64,000 nucleotides of DNA from Haliotis rubra (lineage: Eukaryota): contig NW_025765403.1 of assembly GCF_003918875.1 (NCBI RefSeq), positions 1,054,001-1,118,000 of the forward strand, written 5' to 3'. The number at the start of each line of letters is the position of its first letter. Positions within the stretch are counted from its first letter, which is position 1. Below are positions 13,651 to 26,500 of the stretch, in pieces. The translations under genes and the position numbers were made by a program. The notes beneath the pieces are model-generated. The model made no database searches. It was given only the letters and a program-made list of their open reading frames with translations, and was not told the DNA's origin.

Positions 13651-14665
13651 TATTTCATTACGTGATAGGTTGCTGGGCCCCACGACAATACTTAATAATA
13701 CCAAACCCAAATCTAATTCGTCAACTCTGTTAAGCATTACACCTCAATGGTCCGCTGGTCTTTGGTGCTGTAATTAACCGAGTATGTCTATTTTCTTCCT
13801 CATTAGCATTTTAATAGTTCGGTTTTAAAACAAAAAGGCTGTTTATGTTCTGCACCCGACATGTACACCCCACCCAACAGCGACTTGAATGGACATGAAT
13901 CCACAGTTCCAAAGCCCAAGATATATTTAACATTATTCTGCATAGACAAACTATAATAGCAATCCAATGCACTGGCCGCTGTGCTTTAGTCCCATCTTAT
14001 ACGACATTTAACTAACGGTTTTAAATCCTATTAGCATCGTTTACTGGAAAATGACAAAAACAAACTGACGTTTACGTGATCTTTGCTTACAAGGACAAAA
14101 CATGCAGTTCAGCCATTAAGACATATCGTTGGTTTTGCGTCCATGTCATGAAAACAAAATGTCACAAGAAAAGGGTTTTATGTTTGTTCAGACTTTTTGT
14201 CGCATATTCTCTTACAGCTCGTAAAATATATGGGGGAACTGCATATTTGTTTTGTGCATTTAACATAGATTCTTTGTGAAATAAAATACCTGATGAAACT
14301 GTTATTCAGTTTAGTTATCTCGAAATATGTTTTGGTAATATCATAAGACGGTAGTTTGTGAGTTTGAAATCGTATGTGAGGGATTACAATGGCTGGAATA
14401 CCATTGCAAACTGGCAAACTGTTTTCAATGTCATCTTCTAAAAGATATTAAAACTTGACAAGAAAAAGAGGTTTGTGATAGGAATATGATATGCTGAAGT
14501 TAGCGAGCAAAGGCTTTAACGACTAGGTAACCCCACCACCCTCTTTCTTTATACAAAGTGTAACCAGATGCCACGTCCTAACATGTATCTGTAAAGACAC
14601 TACAGTTTATAAAAAAGGAAGTCTTTAAACATGCATGTTAGTACGTGCCAATTTGTAAAAGGAAA

Positions 14666-14817
14666 GGGGACGGTGGGGTAGCCTACTGGTTAAAACGTTC
14701 GCTCGTCACGTCAACGACCCGGGTTCGAATGTGTGAAGCCCATTTCTGGTGTCCCCTGCCGTGATATTGCTGGAATATTGCTAAAATGTTCGTAAAACTA
14801 AACTCACTAACTCACTC
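14666..14817 (+). mobile_element. tRNA-derived SINE (family B)
   Basis: A-box region ggtggggtagcctactggttaa, B-box ggttcgaat, body gaagcccatttctggtgtcccc and (actc)n tail. Confidence 0.85.
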
Positions 14818-15494
14818 TGCCAAAATAAAGACCTTAATCAGTTTGAAAATGAAACTTCAACCGTATCTGGAAGTGTAACAATAACAAATACATAATTATC
14901 AAGTATCACTATAAAGATCAACTCATACCATGGACATGTCTGGTTTTAAAGGTTGGTAATAAATTCCAGACAACTTACTTTTCTTCTCAAATGATATATG
15001 GTTCTGTCATAAGCCGAACATTCGTCAAAAAAAGGGAAGAGGAAAGATAATATTTCATAACTAACAGGAAAACAAATACGATTTCCGATTCCCGATAACA
15101 ATATCCCCAAAGAATGTAACCTGTGACCTTGGGTAACCTAAAAGCGTACATCAGGTCAAACAGGGTTAAACAATGCAGAACGATATCACTAAAAACTGCG
15201 TGATCTGCCCCATTCGACCTGTCAGACCAGCAAGTCATTGATTTGTTATGATGACGCCGCATATCCCAGCAAACTGAGATTGATCACGACGGAGCAAATC
15301 TGTCTCTCATATTTCGATTTGATAAACCTTCCTCAATGACAAAGCCAGAACGAAGACCGTTCGTGTAGTTCCGCCTTCGAGTCTCAATTGAGGTGCAAAA
15401 CTGAGTTACCAGATACCTCATTTGCACCTAGGTAAATTAGATTTAATCGCCTCTCTTGACCGATGTGAACTTTACACCATCACACACAGACCAG

Positions 15495-15621
15495 GGCTCC
15501 GTTTCACAAAGCTCTCGTAGCGCTAAGACTATCGTAAGTCAATGTTACAGAACAGGAAGTACGAATGCTACGAGAAAAGTTACGAGATATTAGGCTTACG
15601 AGAGCTTTGTGAAACGGGGCC
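15495..15621. mobile_element. PIF/Harbinger-like MITE (127 bp, 3-bp TSD CAG)
   Basis: TIRs ggctccgtttcacaaagctctcgta / tacgagagctttgtgaaacggggcc with CAG on both sides. The empty site aaccaggtcc is seen in the paralog at ~44131. Confidence 0.85.
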
Positions 15622-18529
15622 CAGGTCCTAATTTCAGACGTTTTGAAACTCAGACATCGAAGAGGGCTGTCGTATAAGCAAAGCATGTATCATTGCAAGA
15701 ATGGTTACCTCTTTGAGAAATCACTTTTGTTAGCAAAATGGAGACGCTTTGTAATTGCAGCCAAGGGCAAAATACTTTAGAGTTTTGTGCTGCCAGACTT
15801 TTTGGATGAGGTTATATAAAGTCTTTGTTTAATAAGCTAAGAATAAAGATTCTAAGTACACAGAAGGGGGCATATACTAACAGACGTTTGATAATAATGA
15901 CACGGCGTCTGAAGAATAGATTATAGACAAGTTAATGAACTATAGCGAAGACAAGGTTTAAACAACCGAGTTTCCAAAATTTGACTTGGGAATTTTGCAT
16001 GGAAGACTGTCGTTGCGGTGAGTGTCTCGCTGGAATGAGTACACATAGCATTGATGATGATCAAAAAAGGTCATTCATATATCTCTGCCGTCTCTGTTGA
16101 CACGATACATATATAGCTAATGGTTAGTGGACAATTCAGTGAGTGTCGTTTAGTTCTGTTCTTAAGCATAGCCTTGGACGGTTTGAAATATGACTGTGAT
16201 GGTATTTGATGCTCTGCTCCGTTTTAAAAGTGAATACGTTACGGAGATGGTCAGTTTGATATTCATGGGCTGAGCTTTAAATTAACGACCATTTACAATT
16301 TCCAACATGGTATTCTGCAAATTTATCAATATTTATAACAACAGCCTCAGTGCCCTTCATGAAGAAGCGTCCTGCCTACACATTAAAATTCAATGTATAG
16401 TGTTGTAGAAGTTGTTTTAAAATATTGGTTACACGTTGCGAGCAGTTTTGCTATATATATTATATATATATTTCAAACTACGCAACAACTGTTCCCATGC
16501 ACCAGCAACGATCCATTCTGATGACACCCAAAGCATCCAAGTCCCTATATCCGATCACCTCCTTCTGCGACACTATACTGGGAACCTTTCAATACCAGGA
16601 ATTCAGACGTGGTTTCAGATCTGAGATCTTATACCAGCAGGTCACTCATGACATACACTAAATAATTTATATATAGTGATGCCACCTTAGCACAACTGGT
16701 TGAACTGAAATACTGTTCCAAAGGCCAGTATATCCTGCTCACTCACACACATTATCCAGTGTGGTATAAAACTGACATGATATGTTGCAGAAGTGACCAC
16801 TTTTGAACTGTGTCTTTTATGAATGCATCCGCGTTTAACTGATTAACGAAATTACGTTCGCGTTGCAGATAAGACGAAAAGGCATAAATTGCATTGCGTT
16901 TGAGTTGCAAATCGCAAAAAGATGATTTGATACGATTTAAATAGGACGTTGGCAAGTGACATATGGTATCAAAACAGCTAACGATTCGACGCGTTACTTC
17001 TCCAAGCGCTCATCCCTGTACATTGTTAAGCAACAGCCTTGACTCCTACCTCTGTAGTTTACACTGAAGAGGCATGGCGCTCGTGATAATTGGCGAATAT
17101 AAAAATTGAAATTATCGAAATGTCTTCGGATTTTTTCTCTGGTAATATGTCGAATATTTAATTATACGAAATTTCGCTTCATTCCCTTTTGTACAACCAA
17201 AGTTTATCCACTGGGCCCAATTTTATTTCGTTGCTATCGGGGTTACTTGAAAAAACTATTCAGGTAGAAGTCTTCCTCTATGAACGATACCAGAGCCTCT
17301 TGGATCTCACTCGTTTCCTTGGTGTTTTTCTGAGCTAGCTAATAGAGTTTAAAGGTAAAAATTGCAAGCCTCTAGGACACAGGAAAGGGTGAAGAATTCA
17401 GATCAGAATTTCCCACATAAACTTTGAGGGAACGGCTTAATACCCTTGTTTGCTTGTTCGCAAACGGATAAGCTGTGAGTTCCAAAGAATTTGGTTCATT
17501 ATAGGTCGGGATCAAAGACCAGGGCTATATGTTGAACAAACATGGCTCGTATTTTCGATCGTTTATTTAGCTGTTTAACTGCGCATTAATACCAGTAAAC
17601 GTGACTGATCTTAAGATAATATGTACTTCCAATTAAGCGTGGTCACTAGTATAAATTTGTACCGAGTCCGTTTCCACTTAGAATGTTTCCGTGTGCGAAA
17701 CAGTATCGTTACTTGGGATCTTCGTAATCGTAGGAGGTAGTTTGGAAGGAAATAGACTGTGATGAGATTCTGGCTGTGTTTCGTAAGATATCAATTGGAT
17801 TCGATCTCAGTTTATAGGATGTGTCAAGATGTACGTACCTTGATGCACCGAAGAAATTCAATTGGAGATAAGATGATTGGAGTTTCAAATAAGTTTATAG
17901 AAGAACCGTGGTGAGGAAATTTGTTTTGACGATGCAGCAATTCTTTCTTATTCCAGTTCAGTTCAATATCGTTCTCTTGTTTTTGTTCACAATCACTTGT
18001 ACATTGTGTGAAACCTCGTTAACCCGGTAACCTCGAGAACCATTCTGAATGAAAGTGACTCAGATTACGAGTTAGAATTATAAATAAATAGATAAGTAGA
18101 TCAATAGGGATGGGTGGAAACTTCAAACCGATTTCGGGCATGCATGTACAAGGTTATTTAGTACTACGTATCACTCTACTTCTGTGTGGGACCCAACATT
18201 TCCTACATTGATGACTGCTGTTAGGACGACATTTTCGTCAGTGATTGTTGTTGTATGATAATTTTTCAACATGTAATGTTTTGTGTTTTCCATAACACAT
18301 AAAAGGTTTTGTCCGATTGGGATGATGTCCTGCGGGCCCTTTAACCTATGGGCCTTTCATCCACAGGTTTTTGTGTATCACCATCCTTAGCCCTTTGTAC
18401 AACATGTTACGGAAGCGTCCTAGTGCCACAGGCTGATTTTTTTTATCTCCTAATTAGGACTTAACTATCTCCTAATTATGAGATACTATATCCTAATTAG
18501 GAGTTACCATCTCCCAATTAGGACTTAGC

Positions 18530-18891
18530 GGTAACCTCCCAAAACCCCTACATCCCATAACCCCTACAGCTTATGGCAACAAAGTTCATGGTCCAGTGCA
18601 CTGCTAATCTCCTGCCTGTTACCTATTTCATACAATGGATCAGCCCAAACACTTCTCATTGAGAGAATGACTTTAATGAGCAATAACCAAAATAAGAGTT
18701 TGAGAGAATGGTTTTAATGGATGATAACAAAAATATCTTGATAAAAGTTCAATAATACTTCAGTAATAACTTGAGGTTTATATAACTTCATTAATATCAT
18801 AATGTCATAACATATTACATGTCTTGTATGTTTTAAGTTTCTACATATTATCTGTCAACCTGACATATTATCTGTTTTGCTATGTTCCACA

Positions 18892-18939
<48 letters not shown>

Positions 18940-19948
18940 GACACATTTTGTGTGTTTGAGGTAGGCAGAAGTCTGCTGGAATCAAACTTAAATACTAAAG
19001 TGCATAAACAAGCAATTTGAAAGTACAGTCGCTTGTTAGAGTGATTTCCTCCCTGCATGTTTACTGAAAGAGCTTGTTTTGGAGACACTACCACCCCCTT
19101 TCAGATGACGTAATCATGAAGACATAACATATTCTCATTTCTCACTTATTCATACATGATGCCAAGGGTTCAAACTAAATACTGAATGGTCACACAAGTG
19201 TCAGCTCTCAATACATTGTAAACGGTGCTAGCTTGAATATCTGGACACATTTTTTGAAAGATAAAATCGAGGTGTCCTTGAAAAACAGCCCCTGTCTAAA
19301 TGTAAATCAAACAGTCCAAATCTTTGAATGTTGATTATGACTGGAAGTTGTCTAATAGTATATTGAACATATTGTATATGATATTGTCTACGGACATACC
19401 ATTATCCAAGAGGTACCAAATCACAGATCGTTTTTCAATTTTTTTCAATTATTTAAAGAAACATTATACCCCAATGTGTTGTGATATGTGAAATTTTGGA
19501 TATGGCCTTGCTAATAATGTTTTCATAATAAAATAGAAGCTTTTCAAAAATTGGACTGCTCAAATATAGGCTGACTCAACACACCCCTCTCCCAATCATC
19601 TGAAATAAATTATCTCAGTTTACTATCTCCAACACTATTACAACTGACATTTGATATTATTATGATTTGCACATATGTACATCAGGAAGCTAAAAAAACT
19701 AGTTCAACATTTAATTCATCTCAATTATTTACAATGTATTATTAAAACCCTACCAATAACAGTGCAATCTCATTCCCTTCTCATCTGTATACTCTGTGCA
19801 GCTTTGTCTCACGCTGTGTACTCCGGCCTGTAATCTCTCCTTTGGGTCAGTTCATAATGCCAGACAGGTAAATGCCGCGTGTTGTTTTAACTAACTGTAG
19901 GGGTACTGGGCTGTAGGGGTTATGGGATGTGGGGTTTGGGAGACAACC
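18530..19948. mobile_element. Merlin-like non-autonomous DNA transposon nested in the element above
   Basis: 8-bp TSD gacttagc (18522-18529, 19949-19956). Imperfect TIRs ggtaacctcccaaaacccctacatcccataacccctacagc / gctgtaggggttatgggatgtggggtttgggagacaacc. GG termini plus an 8-bp TSD fit Merlin. Confidence 0.7.
18893..18937. repeat. (CA)n microsatellite
   Basis: Direct observation. Confidence 0.97.
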
Positions 19949-20680
19949 GACTTAGCTATCTCCTAATTAGGACTTAGCTGTCTCCTATAGGAGATAGTAT
20001 CTCCTAATTAAGAGATAAGAAAATTCAAACTGTGGCAGTAGGACGCTTCCGTAACATGTATACTTAAAAGTGATGTGTTTATTGATGGAACTCTTACATT
20101 CTGATAACGTCTCTCTGTTTCACAACTTTCAGCGTGATTCTAGTAGTTTGCAACTGCTTCCTGGCTTACCTTTGCATCAGAAATGACGTATACACAGATT
20201 TGTTAGAAAAACATAATCTATAAGAATAACACAATATTGTCAGCACATTTGCTACTACTACATGATGATCGAGACTAGTGAAGTTGGCCATTTGAATGGA
20301 TACATTTAATGGGCAAAACCATGACAATACATACGCTCATCAGTGGTAGGCGATTGCTTACATAATTAACAAAGAAAGTTGACAGTTTGAAGATCAACAT
20401 AAACAACAATTGTGACACACGCAAGTAAACAAAGGGATGAATGTGTGCGTGGCGAATCACTTTTTATTACCTACGAGGGCGAACATTTCTGGGCTCATAT
20501 TTGTCATACGATGCCCTAGGGAAAAATATCACTTTGCCGTGGTGACGTGACGTCATGAACATTGCTATCACGTTTTCTCTATGACGTTGCTTTCTACATG
20601 CGTTCTACCTCGGGTAGCCAGCCTATGTTTGAAAGACTTGGGTTTACTTTCCTACGTTTGACGACTTTGGTAATAAATAC

Positions 20681-20832
20681 AATATTATATTCGTGCCCAT
20701 ATCATACTATGTTTACGACACTCGTGCCTAAATATCGGTATATCCCTCGCTCTTACTCGGGAAATACCAACATTTAGGCACTCGTGTCGTAAACACAGTA
20801 TGATATGGGCACTCATATAATATTCTCTCTAT
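20681..20832. mobile_element. Hairpin terminus of a Crypton-like non-autonomous element
   Basis: 53-bp inverted arms (20681-20733 / 20772-20824) with 5 mismatches, including paired TC/GA mismatches in CACTCGTG-like motifs. It ends ttctctctatat. Superfamily is inferred. Confidence 0.55.
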
Positions 20833-23491
20833 ATTCATAACATATCAGGACGGGGATTGTCTAGGGTAAAATTTTTAACGAGAGTAAACACATACACGAG
20901 TTACATACTGAATTGAATATTTAAATCAAATGAAATATAAGGACAAAACACAAGAAAAGCACAAAACCAGATATGCATGAAATTACCAAATACATTGTTT
21001 TCAAAAGCATACAAAATTCCTCCCAAAGTGCAAATAAACCACTTTCACCACTACATATTCGGTGAAATGTGAATATATGACAATTGTGCAGAGAGTTATT
21101 AAAAAAATGCATGTGATAGACGAACTTCAGTGTAATAACAGGCACAGTTCTTAGAAAGGCAGTGGGGAGTGACAATGACCGAAATGTTATTTACGAACAC
21201 GCTTGCATGGCACAAATGTATACATACGATACATGTTTCTTCACATAAGACTAAATGTCAACTTGAGAACAGTTACCAGCATTACGTAATGAAATAGTAT
21301 CTATATCTGATAAAGCTAACTCAGGCAGGATACACAACGAGATTGTGAACCCTTCTTCTGCTAAGAATAGACTTCACGAGGCCATATCGATGCCATTTTC
21401 TCTTGACTTAACAATAAATTATGAAATCACCGTCATCGTGGTATCAATAAATACTTTTGAGTTTGTGCTTATAATTATTTGCTTAGTTATGCTATTTGTC
21501 AGTGTTGAATGCTTCTAAATAAATACAACACAGGTTTCACAGCTAAAAGCAATGGGAAAACCGATGTAATCTCATTTACATACAGTCCACATAATTTATT
21601 CAGGTTTAGACTTTGAAAGGATGGATATTTGAAAATATCTTTTAGAAGACGAAAACCCTTGTCTAAATGACAATGAACCGAAAAAATGATACACCAGTAG
21701 TGACACCGTGTGTTCGTGAAATGGGCAACCAAGTACGTCCCTGATAAAAACGTTGGTCACATGAGCCATTTGTTTCAACTTTGAATGTGAACAACGTGCA
21801 AACATGAACGAATGATAAATATATTAATTCACCTGTCTCCGTGAGATACAACCGTTGTATTTTAAAGGCTAACTGAAGCAATTTCTCTCGAGACGGTGGC
21901 TAACAGGCATCCCTAGCTTGAACTTCATTGACGCGAATCTCTATATGTCCAAATATTATTTGAAAACAGCAACACGTACGCTGAATAATAAGGCTTGATT
22001 AGAATATGTTAAGTATGTGGACCCTTTTATGTTGGGTTTATGTGTCTAGTATATCTTCACGTCTCAAGGTTTACACTATAACTCTAGTTGCATGAACTAG
22101 CATGAAGATCACTTTTCTGCAAATGGAACGTATGCAGATAGGAGCATTGGGAATTCTTGCTGACGCGCCATGCTAGTCTATACAATACGCGTTATATGTC
22201 AAAAGACACGTGACAACATCAATTCCAGCACTCCAAGATCACTTTTGCACACTGTAACCTTTTTAACTAGAAAGATTTGTATTGAAATAAATGGAATACT
22301 TCATGAAAACAGATAACGTTGAAATTTGCTTGGGTGTTTTTTTATATGGATTCCACGTGCCTTCCTAAGCATCGCACTGTTTGGCAATAAGTCAGCGTGT
22401 CATGACAGGCTTCTCAGAAAAAAGAATTTTGAATTCACATTCCTTAACAATCTACCGGGGACTGCTTCCTGAGTCACTAGAAAAAAATCCCCTTTTGTCT
22501 ATTTAGCACACCTAAAACATATGTTACGCTTTATCACCTACGCTTTATCACCTTAAGTGTATTGTATCATGAGTGTCCTGGCTATATGAACATACATCGC
22601 AGCAATCTTCTCGGGCAATGCGAATTTAACTGTTGGTTAATTTCCGGTATGTGTCTTTATCAAGACATTTTACGAATTACTCTCAATTATCATTCTAAAT
22701 GTCATCCTCAATGCTGCTTACATATATTTATTTAGGATAATTTCCCCTTGTCAAATACTTCCAGATAACAGGATATTAAGTCACTTATGTTTGCTGCCAC
22801 CAGTTATTTACGACATCGTCCGTTACGACACACATTTCCATATAACGTCACATGCAATATATAGATTTAAATAATACCCAATTAAAATCATGGTTCTATC
22901 AAATCACTCATCACAGCGTGTGCCTTCCACCAGTAACCATGGCGACTAATGCAATTAAGAGAATGGTGTTGAACAGCTATTTTTGCTGGACTCTATCCTA
23001 ATATTTTTTAAATTTCTTAACTTTTGGTTGAATGGTATCCATTGAGATAGTGGCTTTGTCATTTCTGTTTTCTGCAATGGAAAGAAAGCAGGTATATTAG
23101 TCTTGCATCCTCTATCGCCAGTCAGTCAAATTGTATTCTTGTATTACCTCCGATCTCAGCTGGCATGTAAGAAAATGAGTCACATAGTTCTTAAGTCATC
23201 CTAACAGAATCATTCCTATCTGAAAGGAAGATCAGTAATTTGATAATACATTTAATATCTCTTTCAACACCACTCTTCTCCATGAAGAATAGTACTCCTA
23301 ACGTTTCCAAGGCAGGTAGTTTTTTATTGTAAAATGACGATGAAGCACCTATGTCAATGGTTTCCTCAAACAATGCTATATGGACCTTATGAGCAGAAAG
23401 CGATAGTAGCTTGGTATTTCGCATTTTCATCTGACTTGATCCTTTAGTATATATTCAGGTCCTACAAAATTAATGCCACTGGTTATATATG

Positions 23492-23493
<2 letters not shown>

Positions 23494-23527
<34 letters not shown>

Positions 23528-23547
23528 GCACGCACGCACACGCACAC
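23494..23547. repeat. (CA)n/(CACG)n compound microsatellite
   Basis: Direct observation. Confidence 0.95.
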
Positions 23548-26500
23548 TTGTCCTGAACCTAAGTTGTTGTGAGCCATCGATCATCTGCATCACGTCACGT
23601 CCGTTACAATGCATTCCCACCAGAGTCGGATTTATTGACTTCAGCGTTTGAACACCTACATGCGTTAAAAGCATATTTGAATACATGCAATCGTTACATC
23701 GCCTCTTTTTGCTGCAACCATGAATTGGTAAATAAAGAAAGTGTGGATTTATTTGTTTCATTGTCATTTTGACTGAGTTGATATAATGACATATTTGAAT
23801 TTTGAATCATTGAACTTAAGGCAACGTTTTGATTCTACTTCTTATCTGGCCACACATTCAGTATAGACAATGTCTAAAAATATGTTAACAGAGATATATG
23901 GCGAAATGGAACACGGATTGGATTTAACCATGTGGACAAACGGTCTGATCATTTCGAACAGCACACCTGACTGATGGGAATATTCTTTTACGTCGCGTTA
24001 AAGGACAAGTAAACTCACAAATAAACCTTTGTGTCTTGTCCGTTTTCATCATACAAAATATTTATTTAGTAGTTTCAGAACCAAAACAGTACAGATATTA
24101 CAAGAAACATATTTGTCTTTTGCATTATACACACCACGACTTATGTCCCTTGCAATATGATGTGACTGGTGTCAATAAATATGAGAATGACGTCATTAGA
24201 CCTTATTGGACCCATAGGTAGGTACAGGTGTGTGGTTCTTGTATCTTGATGGGCAGCCTATTCTTTTAACCCTCACGGTGTTCATTTGGTGAAACTCGCT
24301 TACACATGATGATGCAATACTTACGTCAGCATTGTTAGACATATTTCATATTTCCTTTGAGGTGAGGTTTATGATGTTCATGAATAATGCATCTTTCGTA
24401 TTCTTTTACATCTTTCTTCATACACTTTTGCGGTGAGCAACATCTCCTTTAAGGACGCTGGAACAAGGATAAAGGTCAATGAGCAGTTTGTCAATAACAT
24501 GAATAAGTTTGAAATGATAATAAAAGGTACATGTACCAATCGTCGTAACAACGTACTTCTTACTTGTACACAGCACAGGCATATACAGACCGATACCCAA
24601 ATATAACGTATGGTGTTGACGAACTGTAACCTTTACATGGAGGCAAGACTGTGTGGACTGGTGATAATTTCTATTTCAGTCGCAGACACTGTAATTAGTC
24701 CCTTCGTAAAGACAGAGATATTGCCGATGTGTAATTAGCTAACTAACTGTTGCTTTGTTGAACTATCCATAAAGCCTATGGCGCTTGTATATAGACAATT
24801 AAACTTCGTGTCAGTACTAGTGATTCTACTGTTGAGAAAAACAAGATATTCTTTGAAAATATCAAAATGGCTTGTGGTCACACTTTGTTTTACACTGAAG
24901 TGCGTAACATACAAAGAACTTCCTACCTACAGAAATAATCCCACAATCTTTACCATTACGCCCCAATACTGATTGTAACTTGAGACACTGTCTTGTAAGA
25001 TACACAACCGACACAAAGACCTGAGACATCAACTGCAGTTCTTGGGGCCCTCGGACTAGTCTTGTGGATAAGGTGTGGGTTTTTCACGTCGTGTTCGATT
25101 CCCCAGATGGGTGCAGTTGCTGGAATATGCAAACACTTGGTGTCATCACTGATTAACAGCAATTCATTCATGTTGTTTTCAACGCTAGTTTGCCAGTGAC
25201 TCCAATGAAATCGGAATAAAATAACAGGGACTACCTATTGGCGAGCATTGATGTGATATACTGAATTTTACAGCAAGGGGGCTGACGCTTGTCAGGGTAT
25301 TTTTGTTCATTTTTTTTGCCTCAAATTTCAACTGCACACAGGACAAGTATGAAAAGATTTAAAGTGGTTTGTTGTCAAATATACTTCTTGGAGTATACGT
25401 CATGGCACTTCCATCACAACTACTGTAGTAGATAGATTGGCTCAGATGCGAGCGACTTTTCCTCGATCCTTACTAATAACCACGTTTGTTCGTGAACATG
25501 AAGTTTATTTTTATTTTTTGCCGCTTTATCGGCTCACTTGCTATCTTGCACCCTGGACCCCGGCGTCTGTTGCGCTGGCGCTTCGACACTACAGACCCCG
25601 TGAACCAGGAAGGATTTCTTGCAGGTTACAGAACTGGTTTAGTGTGTCAAAATTTGTTGTCACGGGGCACAATGGCTACCCGTAACCATTGTATGTGTCC
25701 GTTGCTGCTTCGTCCATTTCCGTAACATTTTACATATGATTACATTAATCTGTTTATGCCCTGCAGATGTATCTAGTTATAATGCCAGTAATCCAAAGGG
25801 CACGAGTACAAGTCAAGACTGTTACTCACAAAACCCAAATCTCGAAGTTGCTCGGTTATCCGTTTTTCACAACAGGTGGCCGATAACCGAAGCACCTATT
25901 CACGTTAATTGACTATTAACTTACGATCAGCAAGGTGACACATTGTAGCCATAACAACATAAACTCTCCGATTATAATTACAAATTTAAATGTTTACATT
26001 TGTCTCATGGTTTGAACTGGTTTTCTGTATATATGGAAGAATCAAGTATAGCATTAACGGACCTACATGTCTGGCAAAACTATGAACTATGCATTTGCTG
26101 TTATGTTAATTTTAATTTCATCAAACACAGGCGTGTGAATACGGTGAAGTTAACGGCAATTGTAGGTCACTTGATATGCTCATATAAGATGTCTGTCAAC
26201 CTGCCTTCTGCATGAATGCCTTCACCAATATACATATACGGCGTAAAGCAATAAGCTTCATATAAATTTGACATGTACGTGCACACGTACTGACGACCGC
26301 TACTGCTTGGCTTCTTCTATATGATCAATGTTTGGCTCAGAATTTAATAACGTTAGTTGTCCCATGAAAATTGCTCGACACTACATCCAAATGTTTTACT
26401 GACTTAGAACACTTCCTCTGAGACGTCAGCGTGAACCTCTGTCTGTCGCAATGTGGCCCTCAGGGATATTTACAATTACTCCGTCTCCACTGTTGCAGAA

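Larger units (their letters stand above)
2440..18180. repeat. Segmental array copy 1: blocks U(~2440-2810), X(~3190-5450), V(~5500-9830), X'(~10410-10860), Y(~11560-13265), W(~13695-18180)
   Basis: Direct-orientation homology to 27100-48420, 52750-57670 and 61640-63290, seen by eye (e.g. 2566~27206, 6345~36573, 12760~39965, 17300~47670~56770). Block boundaries are approximate. Confidence 0.9.
18408..20053. mobile_element. Non-autonomous DNA transposon with 6-bp TSD (ACATGT) and internal palindromic ~22-bp repeats
   Basis: TIRs tacggaagcgtcctagtgccacag / ctgtggcagtaggacgcttccgta. TSD acatgt at 18402-18407 and 20054-20059. Internal tatctcctaattagga repeats. Confidence 0.8.

Noticed and set aside
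14666-14730. tRNA genes suggested by A/B boxes (also 35100-35171, 42340-42410, 52050-52119, 63610-63677)
   Set aside because: They are heads of SINEs or other elements, followed by repeat bodies and tails, and I could not support a complete cloverleaf.
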